From Nemertoderma westbladi (Eukaryota > Animalia > Xenacoelomorpha), in contig JAUCBJ010000366.1 of the NCBI GenBank assembly GCA_032718475.1, positions 1 to 41,383 of the forward strand: a stretch of 41,383 nucleotides of DNA, written 5' to 3'. Below, in pieces: positions 21,493 to 35,409 of the stretch. The notes under the pieces were generated by a model. The model was given only the letters and a program-made list of their open reading frames with translations. It did not search any database and was not told where the DNA came from. Each line of letters starts with the position of its first letter. The first letter of the stretch is position 1. The translations under genes and the position numbers were made by a program.

Positions 21493-23399
21493 TCTCTGTC
21501 TCTGTCGCGTAATGTTTGGATCCACCTATGACTTTGCGAGCTTGGCTGTACTCCTTGCCATGCTCTCAACTCCAAACACGCAAAAGTTCTTGGCTCCATA
21601 ATGGTTGAACGGTGCCTGGTGCTCCTGTTCTTGTGTGAATCCCTGTCGTTGCTCCTTGTGGATCCTCTCTGCCATTATACGCATATGTATCGGTTACGTA
21701 TGCCTCTACTAGAGGAAGCACAAACAAAGGTTAGATGTGAGGAGACTTAGAGTTTGTCAGCTTTTGGCTCAACTTTGCTCTAAACCCCTAACCATTTGCC
21801 TAAGATTTAGGGTTCCGCATGATTTTGCACTGGCTCCTAATCAAAAAATTGTGCTGATTAAAAACGATTTTGGGCAAACTAGCCGTGAGTCTAAATACTC
21901 ACTTTTTAATCCCAAACTACTTCCCAAAATATAAAGCAGTCAAGAATTAGTCAGAGTAAAATAAAATAATAGACACGACTATCGGAACAAGGCCATTTTT
22001 TATTTTTCAAAAAAATATCGGAAGGCTCGCAAGCCTTCCATCCACTCTTGTCCCCCCCTAATTTTGGTTCAATTTTGGGATGTAGTTCGTTGGAGATTTG
22101 ATTGTGGTCCAACTTCTTTAAGGCTCTGGCAATTTCGCCCCTCGCACCCACAAAGTTGGTCCCTTGGCCGCAGTGTATGGATTTGACCAATCCGCGTCTA
22201 GCGATAAATCGCCGTAAAGCTAGGATAAAAGTGTTGGTGGTTAGATCTGTCACGCATTCAATATGAACTGCTCTACTGGCCATGCAGGTAAAGATCAGTC
22301 CCCAATGTTTCACCTGTACGCGTCCACGTTTTGCATTTATAGGTCCAAAACAGTCAATCAATGTCTCGGTAAATGGGGGTCTAAACGCCTGTAGTCTAGC
22401 TAATGGTAGTTCATCATTTCCTGGTGTCCTATCCTCGCTTGTACCTTCTTACAGATAATACAGTTGCGCGTCACTGAACTCAATGCCTTACTAGGTCTAA
22501 TCAATACAAACCTCGAGCGTAAGTGTGATAAACAGTGATGTCTACCTACGTGTTTGAGTTGTACCGTACATGTGTGTCCAGTATCATAGCGCGCTGTAAC
22601 TCATGGTGTTGCGGTATGATGATAGGATACCTAAAGTCAATAGCAAAGTCAATGTTTTGGAGTCTGGACTTATGACAAAGTAAGCCCTTGTATATTATTG
22701 GACTCCAACGCAGTATCAGTGAAGACTTTATTTGTTTACCTTGATTGATCGCTGTGAACTCTCGTGCGAAATATCGCAATTTATAATGTCTAATAATATC
22801 AATTTCACAGATATCAACTTCGTCCAAGGTTAGTCTTCATGGACAGTCGCGCTTGCATTTGGCATATTGTCTCAAACGTTTGGGCCATGCCAGTTTGCGA
22901 CAAGCGTCTGACCATGATCGTGTCAAGTTGACTATCCGGTCGATGTAAGTGTTGGTGACATCATCAGGTAAGGTATAGGTATGGTGTGGATACTTGTTTG
23001 AACTTGGTAGGCCCACGGGCCTTCCAGTGAAGGTCTCCCTTTGTGCAATGGGTTTATCCTAGTCCTCAAGTACCTTGGTTTCTACGGTCCGTCAGCACTC
23101 AATGGGTTGACCTGTAGTAATGGTTTCAACTCTACGAGATTTGCGTGTTCCTGTGGACTTATAAGTCTCCTAACTTTAGTCTCACGTTTAGCCATAGGCT
23201 GTAAGTCGGGTATTTTCCTTGAACGTAGCGTGATACCTGTATTTACATTTTGATGGGCACGACCCATATTTGTAATACCTGTAGCCACACCGTTATCATG
23301 GTGACTCAAGGAAGTCAAAGTAGGTAAGTTGGTAATACCTAATGGGTTAATACTAGTCCGCTCCAATGGGGTAATTGCGGCGTTATAGTACATGTTGTT

Positions 23400-23890
23400 A
23401 CATTCTGGTAGAATGTCTGGTGAATGGTCTGGTAGACAGTCTGGTGAGACGTTTGGTGAAACACATCGCAGAACATCCGGCGAAATGCTCTGCCATACAT
23501 CCGGTAGAAAGTCTGGCGTAACATTTGGCAGAATGTCTGGTCTAAAGTCTGGTTGACAGTCTGACGAGATGTCTGGTGGAAAGTCTGGTTGACAGTCTGG
23601 CGAGATGTCTGGTCGAAAGTCTGGATATATTTCCAGCAGAATGTCTGGTGGAAAAAATGGTAAGATGTCCAGTAGACAATCAGTCGAAAGATCCAGAAAG
23701 CAGTCTGGCGAAGAATTCAGAGAATAATCTGGTGGACAGTCTGGCAAACAATCTGGCGAAACGTCTGGTGAACAATCTGGCAAAACGTCTGGTGAAATTC
23801 CCCATGGAACATCCAGCAAAAGATTTATTGGAACGTCTGGTAGAATGTCTGGTGAGATGTTTGGCGTATTGTCTGGTGGAGTGTCCAGGT
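23400..23890. repeat. Degenerate 12-bp tandem repeat (GTCTGG core) encoding xPDx tetrapeptides
   Basis: About 40 units such as GTCTGGTAGAAT and GTCTGGCGAGAT; the minus-strand ORF reads SPDVLPDCSPDVSPDCLPD. Confidence 0.9.
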
Positions 23891-26267
23891 TATTAGACTT
23901 AACTCGTCCTTGTTTCCTTTTGACCTTGGCGCTGGCTTTTGCTTTCGACTTGACTGCAGTGTCGATTTTTATCTCAAAATCTGATTTCTTCTGTTATGGT
24001 GTTCGATGTCGTGTTGAATAGCGGCGGCCATTCATCCGATGGTCGTTGTAGGAAGTCGGGTCCTTTAAACCAGAAGGACTTATTGTCCGGTTTACAAAAG
24101 TCTATGGGTAACATTCCTCATGACGCGATGTCAGCCAGGTTCAGCTTTCCTGGGCAGTGACGCCAGTCCTGTTTGAGCGACCTGTCTAGTATTTCAGCCC
24201 ATCTGTTGGCCACAAAAGTCTTGAACTGAAACGTCTCATTGTTGATGTACACAAGCACCAACGTTGCGTCGGTCCAGCATGTGACTTTCAAGTTGGCCTC
24301 CAGCTCGCGTTGGACTAGACTGACGATGTCGGTAGATATCGTCCCGGGTTGAAGCTCTCCCCGAGGCACTGTCATATACTTCAGAGGCATTGTCTTAGCC
24401 TTTGAGGTAACGAAAGATACCTCGTAACTGTCTGATGTCACTTGTCTACGTAGGTATAAGGTAACCCCCAGTCCATCCTTACTAGCGTCACTGAAACTGT
24501 GAAGTTCCAGACCCGCAGGAAAGGTGGCCTGTAAGGGAAAGTATACCCTCTGGATGGTATAGTCTTATAGGAGCATCAGTTGTGACTCCCAGTCCCTGCA
24601 CAGCTAGTTTTTCTGGGATGGGATCATCTCATTCCAGTCTGGCATGACAAATGCTGCGGAGTATGATCCTTGCGTGTAGGATCACTGAACTGATAAAGCA
24701 CAGCGGGTCATACAAACAACTCATGGTCGATAAGCAGGTCCTCTTTTGGTCCTTGTCTGGTCGTTGGTTCTTACGCGCACCCTAAAGTTGTTGGTGTTCG
24801 GGTCCCAACTGAGTCCTAGGACTTTGGTCGTAGGCAGAGGTTCTAGGTCTAAATCTAGGTCACCCCCGCCCCGCTAGGGTCAGTAGGGTCAAATGAATTC
24901 ACTAGGTCGGAGTTATTGGAGGCGAATTTGGTGAGGCGAAATCCGCCCTTGGTGAGACTGACTGTCCTGGAGTTGGTGTGCCACTGTTGCAGCATGCTCC
25001 AGAGTGTCGCAGCTCTTGAGGCCGTCATCCATGTAGAAATCCCACTCCACTGTCCGAACCACGTCTGGGTCTAACTTGTCGCGTCGGTCTAAAGCTGTCA
25101 GCTTTAAGGCGTACATGGTACAGTTGGGGCTGTCCCGGGCCCCAAAAACTCTTACCTGCATTTGGTAGGTTTCTGGTGGAAGGTTTAAATTTCTGTCCGG
25201 GTACCAAAGAAACCTCAAACTGTCCCTGTCCTGCTCCAAAGCCTTAACCTGGTGAAACATGGCCTCTACTTCACAGCTGAAGGCCACCTTGCGTTGTCTG
25301 AAATGCATCAGGACTCCCATGAGGTAATTGTTCATATTTGGCCCGTCCATCAATTCGCTGTTCATGGACATCCCCTGGTGGCAGTCGTTGACGACTCGTA
25401 CCTTACCAGGTTTGTCCGGATGCCATAAGGAATCATGTGGCAGATAATATGTTTGGTCTGTTGTTACCTCAGGGTTTGTCATCGTGATTGCGTTCCCCTT
25501 TTGGAGATACATCTGAAGCTGCGTGTTATATTGCATATGGGCCGTCTCATCATGCAACAACCACTGCAGTATTGACTAAAGTAGTTTCAAGGTAAGCGGG
25601 TAGTTGTTGATAAGCTTAGGTTGTCCATGGCGCCACAACATCCCAACTTCGTAGTGGCCATTCACGGTCTGCCGAATGGTATCCTTCATAATCTTTAAAG
25701 ACCATTTTTCCTGTTCTGACATAGTGGTCTCATAACTACCTAGTTCTGCTGAGTCCTGTTCCAACCACTTAATGGTTTTCTCAGTCAACAGTCTGTCAAG
25801 CGCTGCTTGCACTGTACCATGGTCCTTGTCTTCAACGTCATCTGCTGCAGTGGCTAGTATCAATGTGGCTGGTAGGCTCGCAAGCCTTCCTGAGTCACTA
25901 GTCAGCATCGAAACATTCCGAGGCGGTTTGATGACCTTTGGATCTGTCGGTAGACTTGCAAGCCTTCCAAGATCCCCGACTGGTGCTGAAGCATTGTAGA
26001 TGGGGTCGGGATGGATGGGGATGAAGCATTATAGATGGGGTCTACAAACTTGGAATCTGTCGGTAGGTTCACAAGCCTTCGAAGATCCTCGTTCGTCGAG
26101 ACATCCACAGCTTCAACCCTTTGGCCTTCGGTAGTCGATGCAACCTGTTCCGCTGCAAGAAGCTGTGGTGTCGTCTAAGTCAGTTACGTCGGTGTCTGTA
26201 GCGACATAAGTCTGTCGTGGTACTGACTGTACAGTAGGACCACAGGAATGTGAGGGAGAATTGGCTA

Positions 26268-27699
26268 CTACTACTACTAGGATCGGCATGCTGCATTGCA
26301 GCTGCATTTTTAAGAATGCTGTGCCGGCTTGTCAACAAAATTGCACCGCCACAACTCCCTATCACCCATGACATTTGCTAGATCATCCGCATCTTTAAGG
26401 CCAGTGTCCTTTAAGATGCGTCTCAAGAAAGTCATGGGCTGTCCACCATGCTTATTCACTCCATGAGGCTGCCAAAGTACAAGATTATGCACTGACTGGT
26501 CCTCACGGCGAAAGCAATGTCCTGCAAAGCGGAGGCGATTTTGTTCTAGTGTCAAGCTTGGGGGAACCAATGAGACACCTCCAATGTTATATAGTGTCTG
26601 GTTGGAGATGTGTGCATTGTACTTGACACAATGTACCCGGCGTAGCATTCTTGTGAATGTGCCATCCAGAGATTTGGCGTCCTCAGCAGTTAGAGCCCAG
26701 CATGGACTCCCGTAGAGGAGTACTGGAACTACTGCTGCTCTAAATAATCGGACCTTAAGTTTCCGATTAATTCTAGGTGACTTCCAAATCCTGGAAAGCC
26801 TATTCAAGGCTGCCCATGCCTTTCCCTTACGTATTCGAAGGTCCTCACCTGACTTCCGGATCCATGATCCCAGGTAACAGAAGTCGTCCACATGCTCAAG
26901 CATACCATCCTTTGAGCTTATGCTCATCCGATCAGAGACTTGCTGAGGACTTTCAAAGTTAACTGTCAGAATTTTGGTCTTTCTGGAGTTAATAAAAAGA
27001 CCAACACTAGAAGCAGCATGTTCTAATAAGCTGAGGAGCCGTTGGGCTCCCTCTAGTGATTCTGAGAGTACTCCTAAGTCATCAGCAAAGTCTAGATCAG
27101 TTAGGTACTTGGCAGGATTTCCTCGACTTCTGGAGCCAGTAGGTGGAGCTATCATCACCCCATCATCATTATGATGATCTAAGGACATGCGTAGAACATA
27201 GTCAACAACAATTATGAACAAGAATGGTGCAAGTGTGTCTCCCTGGAGGACGCCCCATAACACTTCAAATGGTTCTGTGTCACCGTCAACAGTAGACACA
27301 AATGTTGTCGAACCATCGTATACTGATCTGATTGCTGCAATAATTTCATCAGGAATCCCATATAATGAAAGTATGCTGAACATACGTGAGCGAGAGACTG
27401 AATCAAAGGCCTTGAAGAAGTCAACAAAGATAACAGCCAGATGCCTGTCTTTCTTTTTTGATAACTCTTCAATTATCCTTCTAAGTGCCAAAATGGGCTC
27501 CATGGTCCCACGACCTTTACGGAACCCATTCTGATTTCCACGTAACAGTCTCTCAATGGGATCCCTGATGCGATTTAATAGAATTCTATTGTATAGTTTT
27601 GCAGCAATCGAGATCAATGAGATTCCCCGAAAAGAACCATAGAGTGTTAGGTTGCCCTTCTTGGGAACTGGCACCAACTTATTTGTTTTCATTTCTTGT
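26268..27699 (-). mobile_element. 5'-truncated RTE-clade LINE; RT ORF 26310-27692
   Basis: PVPKKG, RGISL, FVDFFKAFDS, GVLQGDTLAPFLF, DFADD; (TAG)n tail; 14-bp TSD GGGAGAATTGGCTA at 26254-26267 and 27700-27713. Confidence 0.95.
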
Positions 27700-30600
27700 G
27701 GGAGAATTGGCTAATGTAGTAGTTAATAGACTACACATACTTAGAATGTCGTCCTCCTGGTCACTTACCTCTAGTGAACGCACAGGCGATCTTGTATACC
27801 AACCTATGGGAGTTCTACAAGCGTAAGGGTTGCCCGCTGTTACCATGGATGGGCGTGTCTCCCATACTTGATGCAAGTTGAACTGCTCCATCCCTATCAA
27901 CATCGCGATGGAGCGATAGTTAACTGGACATTCCGGTATTCCAAGATGTCGGAAATACTTCCGGAGATTGTTCTGGCACAGGACCAAGTAAATTACTAAA
28001 GTCCTTAGTGGCAGCAAACATAAGGTTTCTTATTGGAAGTAATGAGCGTTCCTCTCTACTATGCTCCACTGTGGAAAGAAGGTTATCCAGGGTCAGCTTG
28101 ACCCTCCTAATGGTATCGCTCTCTTACCATGCATGCTTACAGTATACTGAGCAGTCTTACCTTTGCTCATGTCAGTGACTACATCGGCTACCAGTTCGTC
28201 AACGTAACTATGCAAAGATGCAGAGTCCAAGATAGCATATATACGCTTGCTCCCTTGGGTTCCAGTGATCTTGATGGGAATCACGCTAAACCCTTTCAGC
28301 TGATTTTGCTTAAGGAGAGTTATAGATGGCTGTTCTTCTCCCCCCACATGCACATAAAAGGTTTCGTTCTCCGAGTCATCTTCGTCCAACAATCCTGATT
28401 GGTCCATGTAGTCCATGTAGGAGGTACCGACTTCCTGCGGCGCACGTTCCTTATAAAGTGCATTGCATTTTGCCGCTTTATCGGGATATTCGCATCAAAA
28501 ACGCTTAGTCGGAGTATGACTAGTCGCGTGGAGCAATGCGTCATAGTTGCGTCCGCACAGAGGACAAGTGTTGTCACCCGGACAGTCCTTCCAGACCTGC
28601 CCAGGCATTGTACATCTCCAACAAGAATCCAACGGAAGGATCTGGAGCCTTCTCTCCTCTACTTCTAGATCCTTAAAGGCGCAACATCCGCGTAACTTGT
28701 GTCCATTGTATCGTCCACCGTTTCGCTCACAGAACTGGCATCCAACAAAGTCTGCCGAAAACTGCTGTCATGGGTGTTTGGCTCCAATAGGTGTCAGAAC
28801 CTTGGAGGTATCCGTCGGTGTAGCGTAAGTCACGGCTTTCGCATTCGTCGGTAGTTGTTTGGTCCGGTTCGGTGCCACTATCGCGACCCCTTCCACCACT
28901 ATGTGGTAGTTGGTGTAGTTCGACCATGTTTCTACTACAGCCTCCTGTAAGATCAATTTGTAGACATCCATTAATTTCAGTAGTTCGCCAGCCACTCCGT
29001 GCTGATACTCTATCCTGCGCCATTCTCGCGCAACCGATGGTGGAGTCGGCCAATAATCCGGATTATAACCGTCGGCGCATTGGCGTACTCGAGTTGACCA
29101 ATGGACCGCAAAGTCCCTATAGCGTTCTTAATCTCGTCCACCAATCGTAGAAGATCGATGGGTTTCGAGATAGGTTTGCCTCTACAGAGGTCTTCTATAA
29201 TGGATTTGGCCATAGCGACATTACCACCGTATATGGAAAATAGATGGTCGTACGGTAGCTCGAAGGCGTCTGGAACACAAATAAAGGTTTCAGCCAACCT
29301 CTTCAGCTCACCCGATAACACTTGAAGCAGGTAGTTAAACTTCTCCGTTGAGGTGAAGGCACACATAGCGATCTGGAACTCTACGTAGTCTACCAGTGTA
29401 CGCCAGTGTTTCGTGTTGCCAGAGAACTTCGGCGGTTGTTGTGCCGGTAATCCGTGTCTGGCCGCAAATTTAGCGATCTCGTTAACTATGTCTAACTGTC
29501 TGCGTCCTTGTCTGGCGATAGCATTCAGTCGTTCTTGTCCGCGTGTCATTTGTTAATACGGATTGTAGTTGTTGGGATCTTCTCCTTGAGGATTTAGGGT
29601 CTGCCATGCTTCCGGCTCTCGATAGGGTGGTCTCTGTGGTCAAGGTTGAGGTTGTTCTAACTCCACTCTGGTTCGCGATCGATCCAACGGCGGCGCTTCA
29701 AGCCACTCTTTGAGTTGAGCCAACAGTCTGCTACAGGTCACATTATCTCAGTGAGTTGTTTGGCACTAATCGTCTCTGCTGGTTGCGACATGGGTTTCCT
29801 CAAGGGTGTTTCTCATGGAGGGTTGTCAATGTACAGGTTTGTCGATCTTTCCTCCCGCTTGTAATCGCCTGCCGCTCTGGTACGGAATATTTCCCTTTCC
29901 ATCGACTCCGTATAGCTGTATGAATCGCTGTCGTCGGGATACGGTGGTTGGTGGGTTTGCGTTCGGCGTATTACTCTAGTTGGCCGCGTTTGTTTGGGTT
30001 TGGCGTCCACTGTTCTTCGTTGTTCGGTAGGCTCGCAAGCCTTCCACGAATTCGTAGGTCTCGATAAACGCAGTATGAACCTGTGGGTACTACCCACGTC
30101 TACGGTTCTCCGTCGTTTGGTAGGCTCGCAAGCCTTCCACGAAGTCGTAGGTCTCAATACTCATTGAGTGAGTGGTCTAGTAAAAACGTCAGATTTAGGA
30201 GTCACTGTTGGTTTATAAATAACAAGGTTCGTGCAGCACGTCACAGGTTTAACTGGAACCGGTTTACTTACCTGTTTTATTGTCATGAATACGGGTTCGT
30301 CCTTCCCTACAAGTAAATTACGGCTTACAGTGGGTGGACTGCTTACCTTACCTGTTAGAATCGGTGATGAAGTCGCTCGTGGCTGCGGAACTGATTCCAG
30401 TCTAACAAACTTGCTACGGTATTTATTGCAAATCGACTTGGCGTCTGCTCGGAATTTAGCTCTTCTATCATCGCTCTCCCTGCGTCGTCTCTCTCCTTCG
30501 GCAGCAACTTGTGCATTCTCAATCCGTGCTTCTTCTATGAAGTTGCGTTGCTGGGGTGCGATCTCCTGCCACCGTCGAGCAATTGCCGGCGCCATCCAAT

Positions 30601-32128
30601 TAATGTCGCTCTGTATGCTAGCGAACGATCTATCCAGTTGTGGAATTTGGTAGGCTTGCGAGGGTACCGTAGTTAGAACTTCCATCGTCCCTCTCGGTAC
30701 AACTTCCGGTTGTTCGATAGGTATGCCGCATCTACGGAGAAAGTTGGTAAGTGTCTCCAATCTCCCGCCCAGGCAGTATAGTTATTCTTCCTCTGTGGGT
30801 TGCAATAACGCATCGGAAACAGACTCACCCATCAGTTGGTCGAGTTGCTCTCTCTGAGTCGATCCTACAACCGACTTAAACTGAATGAGACTTTCCCTCG
30901 CACTTACCAGTTTATCTATTATCTTTACCTGAGTAAAGTTGTCACCACCATGCGAAAACCTTCCCCGATATTTCGATTTATCTGAGCCATATGTCCTCCT
31001 ATGCTCCTAATAATGTTCTCCTGGCTCCCAGTCGAACTTACCATGTCCGGTTCCCACGATCTGGTTTGCAGGACGGTAAGGAAGTCTTCGGTTCTACCGT
31101 CACCATGCGCTACGGCTTCCGGTATTTCCATTGGTGGTACCGGCGACGCACTCGGTGTGACATCGGTAGAATCGCGAGTCCTCCTCCTTGGTTTGTCTAG
31201 TGCCGATCTGTCTGCGTCACATGAGTCATAGTCGGTAGATGGGTGTCTAGTTGAGTCTGGTGTATCACTCATGTCTATATCATATACTTCAAATATGGGT
31301 AATAAATGTCAAAGTGTCAGAATGTCGAAATGTCAAAATGTCGAAACTTACCTTGGTATTTATATAAACTATATATACCCTAACTGGTACAAATAAAATC
31401 AAAAGGTATGTAATAAAATAATAATAATTCAGTCTACCAGCTAAATCTGTACAAATAAGGGAGATAGTGGTATACGCTACCAAAATATAGATCAAAAAGT
31501 ACAAATAATAAGGCAAAATAGCAACAACTAGGGGAAAATAAGTACCAACAAATGCATAAATTAGACAGTGGAACCCACAAATTTTGAGTAATACTGTGCT
31601 CTAAGTTTAAAGTTTTACGGACTACTCTACGAAAAACTTTTCCTAGGTACCGATACAAATTGGTCTTTAAACCTTGCGTACCTTTTCAAGTACCGAAAAA
31701 AGGACACACACGGCCTAAGACAAAATAATTACAAACTAACTAACTATTTATAGCTAGTCAAATACAAAACTAAACTAAATTACGCAAGAACGTGTATAGA
31801 CCTAAATTATGTACATATCTCTTACTGTATTACAGAACGAGTACTAGTTGATATTAACTAATTAATATCATATCTCTTACTGTAAAGTTCAGTAGTATAC
31901 CGCCTACCGAATCCTAGTAACGAAATACCTTACTGTAGAATCCAGCAGTGTACACGGGTTCATACAGTATCTAACAAGAAATCCCAGTCCAGGGTGTCTA
32001 AATAAACAGATACCAAGTAAACAAACTACTACTGGCGAGGAATGGAGCCTGATATCTCTTCTAATACTTGGGAGAATCAATTGCCAGGGCTAACTAGACA
32101 AACAGGATGCTTGGCCTCTAACCGGTGA

Positions 32129-32593
32129 GGCAGATGTACAGTCTACTGTTACAGACCAAACTCACGAGAAAACAATCCCCACGTAGCAAATCCTAACTAT
32201 CGCTAATGGACCTAAATACTGTAAACTTGCCGCAGTATGATTTATATGGGTATAATACGAGCTAGCGGGTCAACGACACTAGCGTAAGAAACAATACTCC
32301 CGACAGAAAAAGCAGTCAAAAGGGTGCCTGATCAAACAAATACCAAATACCTCTACAAATAATAATAATCCTATCTGTAAATCAATAAATCTGCGTGTGT
32401 GTTATGATAAAACAATTTTGGTGTACCGCTGTTATACTAGGTTTTGGTGATTTTAACCAGATAACAATACCAGGTGCTAGCTACTTGAATAAGCTAGTCG
32501 CACGCTGTAGGCACAATACTTACAAACTGACGTCAAAAGGGCTCCCTCCTCCTATATTCACAACTCAATTGGGCAATTACGGTGTTAGTAACT
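32129..32593. repeat. ~470-480-bp dispersed direct repeat, copy 2 (possible LTR)
   Basis: Matches 3753-4231 and lies just upstream of the BEL leader. Confidence 0.8.
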
Positions 32594-34280
32594 ACCCCCG
32601 CGATCAGCACTGATACCAGATTCTGATTGTGAGATAAGGAAATAGGGTGTTAATTTACTACCGTACGCCTAGCTGATCTGGTATTTAATTTGATTCTAGA
32701 ATTTTGTTACTGCGGTGGTCTGCAGTAAATACCTATCAGTACGTGGCAAGGGCGCGGTAGATTGTTAGTAAACCTCCCTTAGCCAACATGCTTGCTGGTA
32801 GCAGAAAGCTGCCCCTTTGCCTGACCAAATACTTTGGACTCAGACAGGTCAGTCAAACAGCAAGGCCTACAGGGCTAACCGATACTGTACCGCTAGTATG
32901 GCAAATCACCAAATTATAGAGTGAGCTATTTGCACCTAGTGTACTTGCCCATACTGACAAACAGCATCAGCTCACACCTGTAAGAGATACATGTTAACCC
33001 GGGTTTTTCTGTCTGAATCTGAGGTATTTGGTCCTAAATTTTATGGCGTCCCAGGACGGTGTCACGCTTCACCCTAATCTAAGGAACTTACGATGGGCAA
33101 AGGCGTTGAACAAAGTCATACCTCCTCTGACGTGGGCGCGATCAGCCAATAGGGTCATGCTTCCAAATTGGCATGGGTCAAGATAGTGCGGGCTCCTTTA
33201 TGCGTCGTGGACATCCCTTCCCCTTGCGTTGCTGTGGCCTAAAGGTTTAGGCAGCCATTCCCCAAAGCGTTTGGCTGTTCAAGATAGATACGCTAAAAAC
33301 TACATGTTCTGAGTTTGCAGTATATTTTTAACGTAAATGACAAAAGATTTATCGAATATAGACTAAACTTTACAAATTAACTTATAAGTATAAGCTAATG
33401 ATATTAGTGATAACCGAAGGGCAAATGGCACCTTATATAGGAAATCCTAAGCATGGAATCCACTAGAACATTCTATCACATTCTATGAGCTCACATTGGA
33501 CCAATAAATCATCAAACGCCCTCCAATTGGCCCAACTAATCTGTCCATGTCGTGGGGCGGGTGGTAAAACGTCCTAGGTCTAAAAATGTAGTTTTGAGAA
33601 AACACGTTTTTTGTTTACTATTTCAACAAAACTGCAAATTTATTCTGTTTTATTTCATTTTCTAACATAAAAAGGGTCTTAAATCGTTTTCTGATACCAG
33701 AAATATAGATACATAGCCTTCTGGTAGTGTTTTTTGACAAATTTGCAACATAGGACGTTTTACCAAATTCAATTTTAATGCGACATAGGACATTTTACAA
33801 ACTTATTACTACACTATTGCTTACTTATTACTCTATTCTCTATTAACCGGTACAGGTTATGTACCGATAGTAACTATGATCCGATACTATATGAATGCCC
33901 CCATTAAAATTTCGGTTCTTGTTTAAAAACAAGAATAAGTTTTATCAAAAGTTATAATGAATTGTTTGGTACTGATAGTGTCTAAGTCCCGTCTATCTAC
34001 TGCTACAGTGGTAGGATAGGGTGTATAGCAATTTTAATTTTGTAACGCACTGGTGTCACAGACGAAAATACCGCCAAGGCGAGATTGCCCGGGGGGTGGT
34101 GGGGGAAATTTTGTTTTGGTACACTTTATTAAACACTTTGGCCTAGCGCCAAATGCCCCTTCCCGCGCTGTATCCCCCCCCCCCCCCCCCCATTTGCCAG
34201 TTTTTTTAAGTTACTAACCAATGCAAACCAAAACTTGTCACCGATTTAAGGAAAGGAACGCGGAGGTTAGAGAGACTGTC

Positions 34281-34610
34281 TTTTCTAACCAAAACAATAA
34301 ACGATCTAGTTAACAATGCAGGGAAAGGGGCAGGTTGCAGTCGCAACTTTTTCTAACAAAAACAATAAACCATCTCGTTAACAATACATTGAAATGAGCA
34401 GGTTACAGGCACGGGCTTTTCTAAACAAAACAAAAAAACGATTTTATCAGCACTACATGGGAAGGGGCAGGTTACAGATGCAAGCTTTTCTAATCAAAAC
34501 AGTAAACCATATCATTAACAATACATGGAAAGGACCAGGTTACAGGGGCAGCCTTTTATAACCAAAACAATGAACGATCAAATTATATTGAAGGAAAGAA
34601 ACAGGTTACC
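34281..34610. repeat. ~68-bp tandem repeat x5
   Basis: Units TTTTCTAA-CAAAACAATAAAC...CAGGTTACAG recur near 34281, 34349, 34417, 34486 and 34554. Confidence 0.8.
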
Positions 34611-34720
34611 AAGTAGGCTATTTAAAAGATTAAAATATTTAAAAGTTACATAGTATCAAAATGCTGTAATTATATAGTTAATAAATTACCATATTAACAC
34701 ATTACATTTCACATTCAGAA

Positions 34721-35165
34721 TCAAGTACAATGCACAGATATCCAATCAGACACTATATAACGTTGGAGGTGTCTCATTACTCTCCCCTAGCTTGACAATT
34801 CAACGGCGCCGCCTCCACATTATAGGAAATTGCTTTCAGCGTGAGGACCATCCAGTGCGCAAACTTGTGCTTTGGTGGCCTCGTGGAGAAAATAAGCATG
34901 GTGGACAGACCATGGCTTTCGCAAGATGTATCTTAAAGGACACACACTGGCCTTGAGGATGCCGATAATCTCGACAAAGTCATGGGGGAAAGGGAATTGT
35001 GGTGGTGCAACTTTGTTGATAAGCCGGCATACCATTCTTAATGCACGCTTCATTTGGCTTGCCAATTGTGGATTGCATGGTAGTGGCAATAATGTTTTTG
35101 TTAAACCAGAATATCATCTCAATGGTGCAGATTCAATGCAGCAGGCCGATTAATAGTAGTAGTTA
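34721..35165 (+). pseudogene. Diverged 3' fragment of the RTE family
   Basis: Reverse-complement match to ~26300-26628, plus a tail-like AATGCAGCAGGCCGAT..TAGTAGTAG at ~35135-35163. Confidence 0.8.
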
Positions 35166-35409
35166 TGTGGCAAATTCGCCTTAGAAGATTTTGCCCAGGG
35201 TGCACTACGGACTAGGCGATTATGGATTATGCCCAGTGGAGGGGGCATAATGCCCTAGGCGATTATGACCGGGGTGGAGGCATTTATTACATTTGGGCAA
35301 TTTCGACTGGGACACCGTTAAGTACTATACAATTGCCACCGTCAGACTTTTCCTGAATGTATAATTCAATTATTGTAGTGAATATTTTAGGTTAAAAATC
35401 TCATAATAT

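Larger units (their letters stand above)
22075..31272 (-). mobile_element. Decayed BEL/Pao LTR retrotransposon (gag-pol with many frameshifts; integrase truncated)
   Basis: Gag PPKFSGNTKHW...EKFNYL (29010-29549); Cys knuckles at ~28530-28720; protease YAILDSAS (~28230); RT YYLPH, FGARDSP, FYMDD (24913-25560); RNase H ELHSFSDAS, TVPRGEL, WTDAT, WRHCPGKLNLAD (24118-24510); integrase IDCFGP, FTCMASRAVHIE (22075-22361). Confidence 0.92.

Noticed and set aside
21493-22060. BEL 3' LTR after a PPT-like AGGGGGGGA on the minus strand
   Set aside because: No matching copy exists at the 5' end of the BEL element and there are no clear TG...CA ends.
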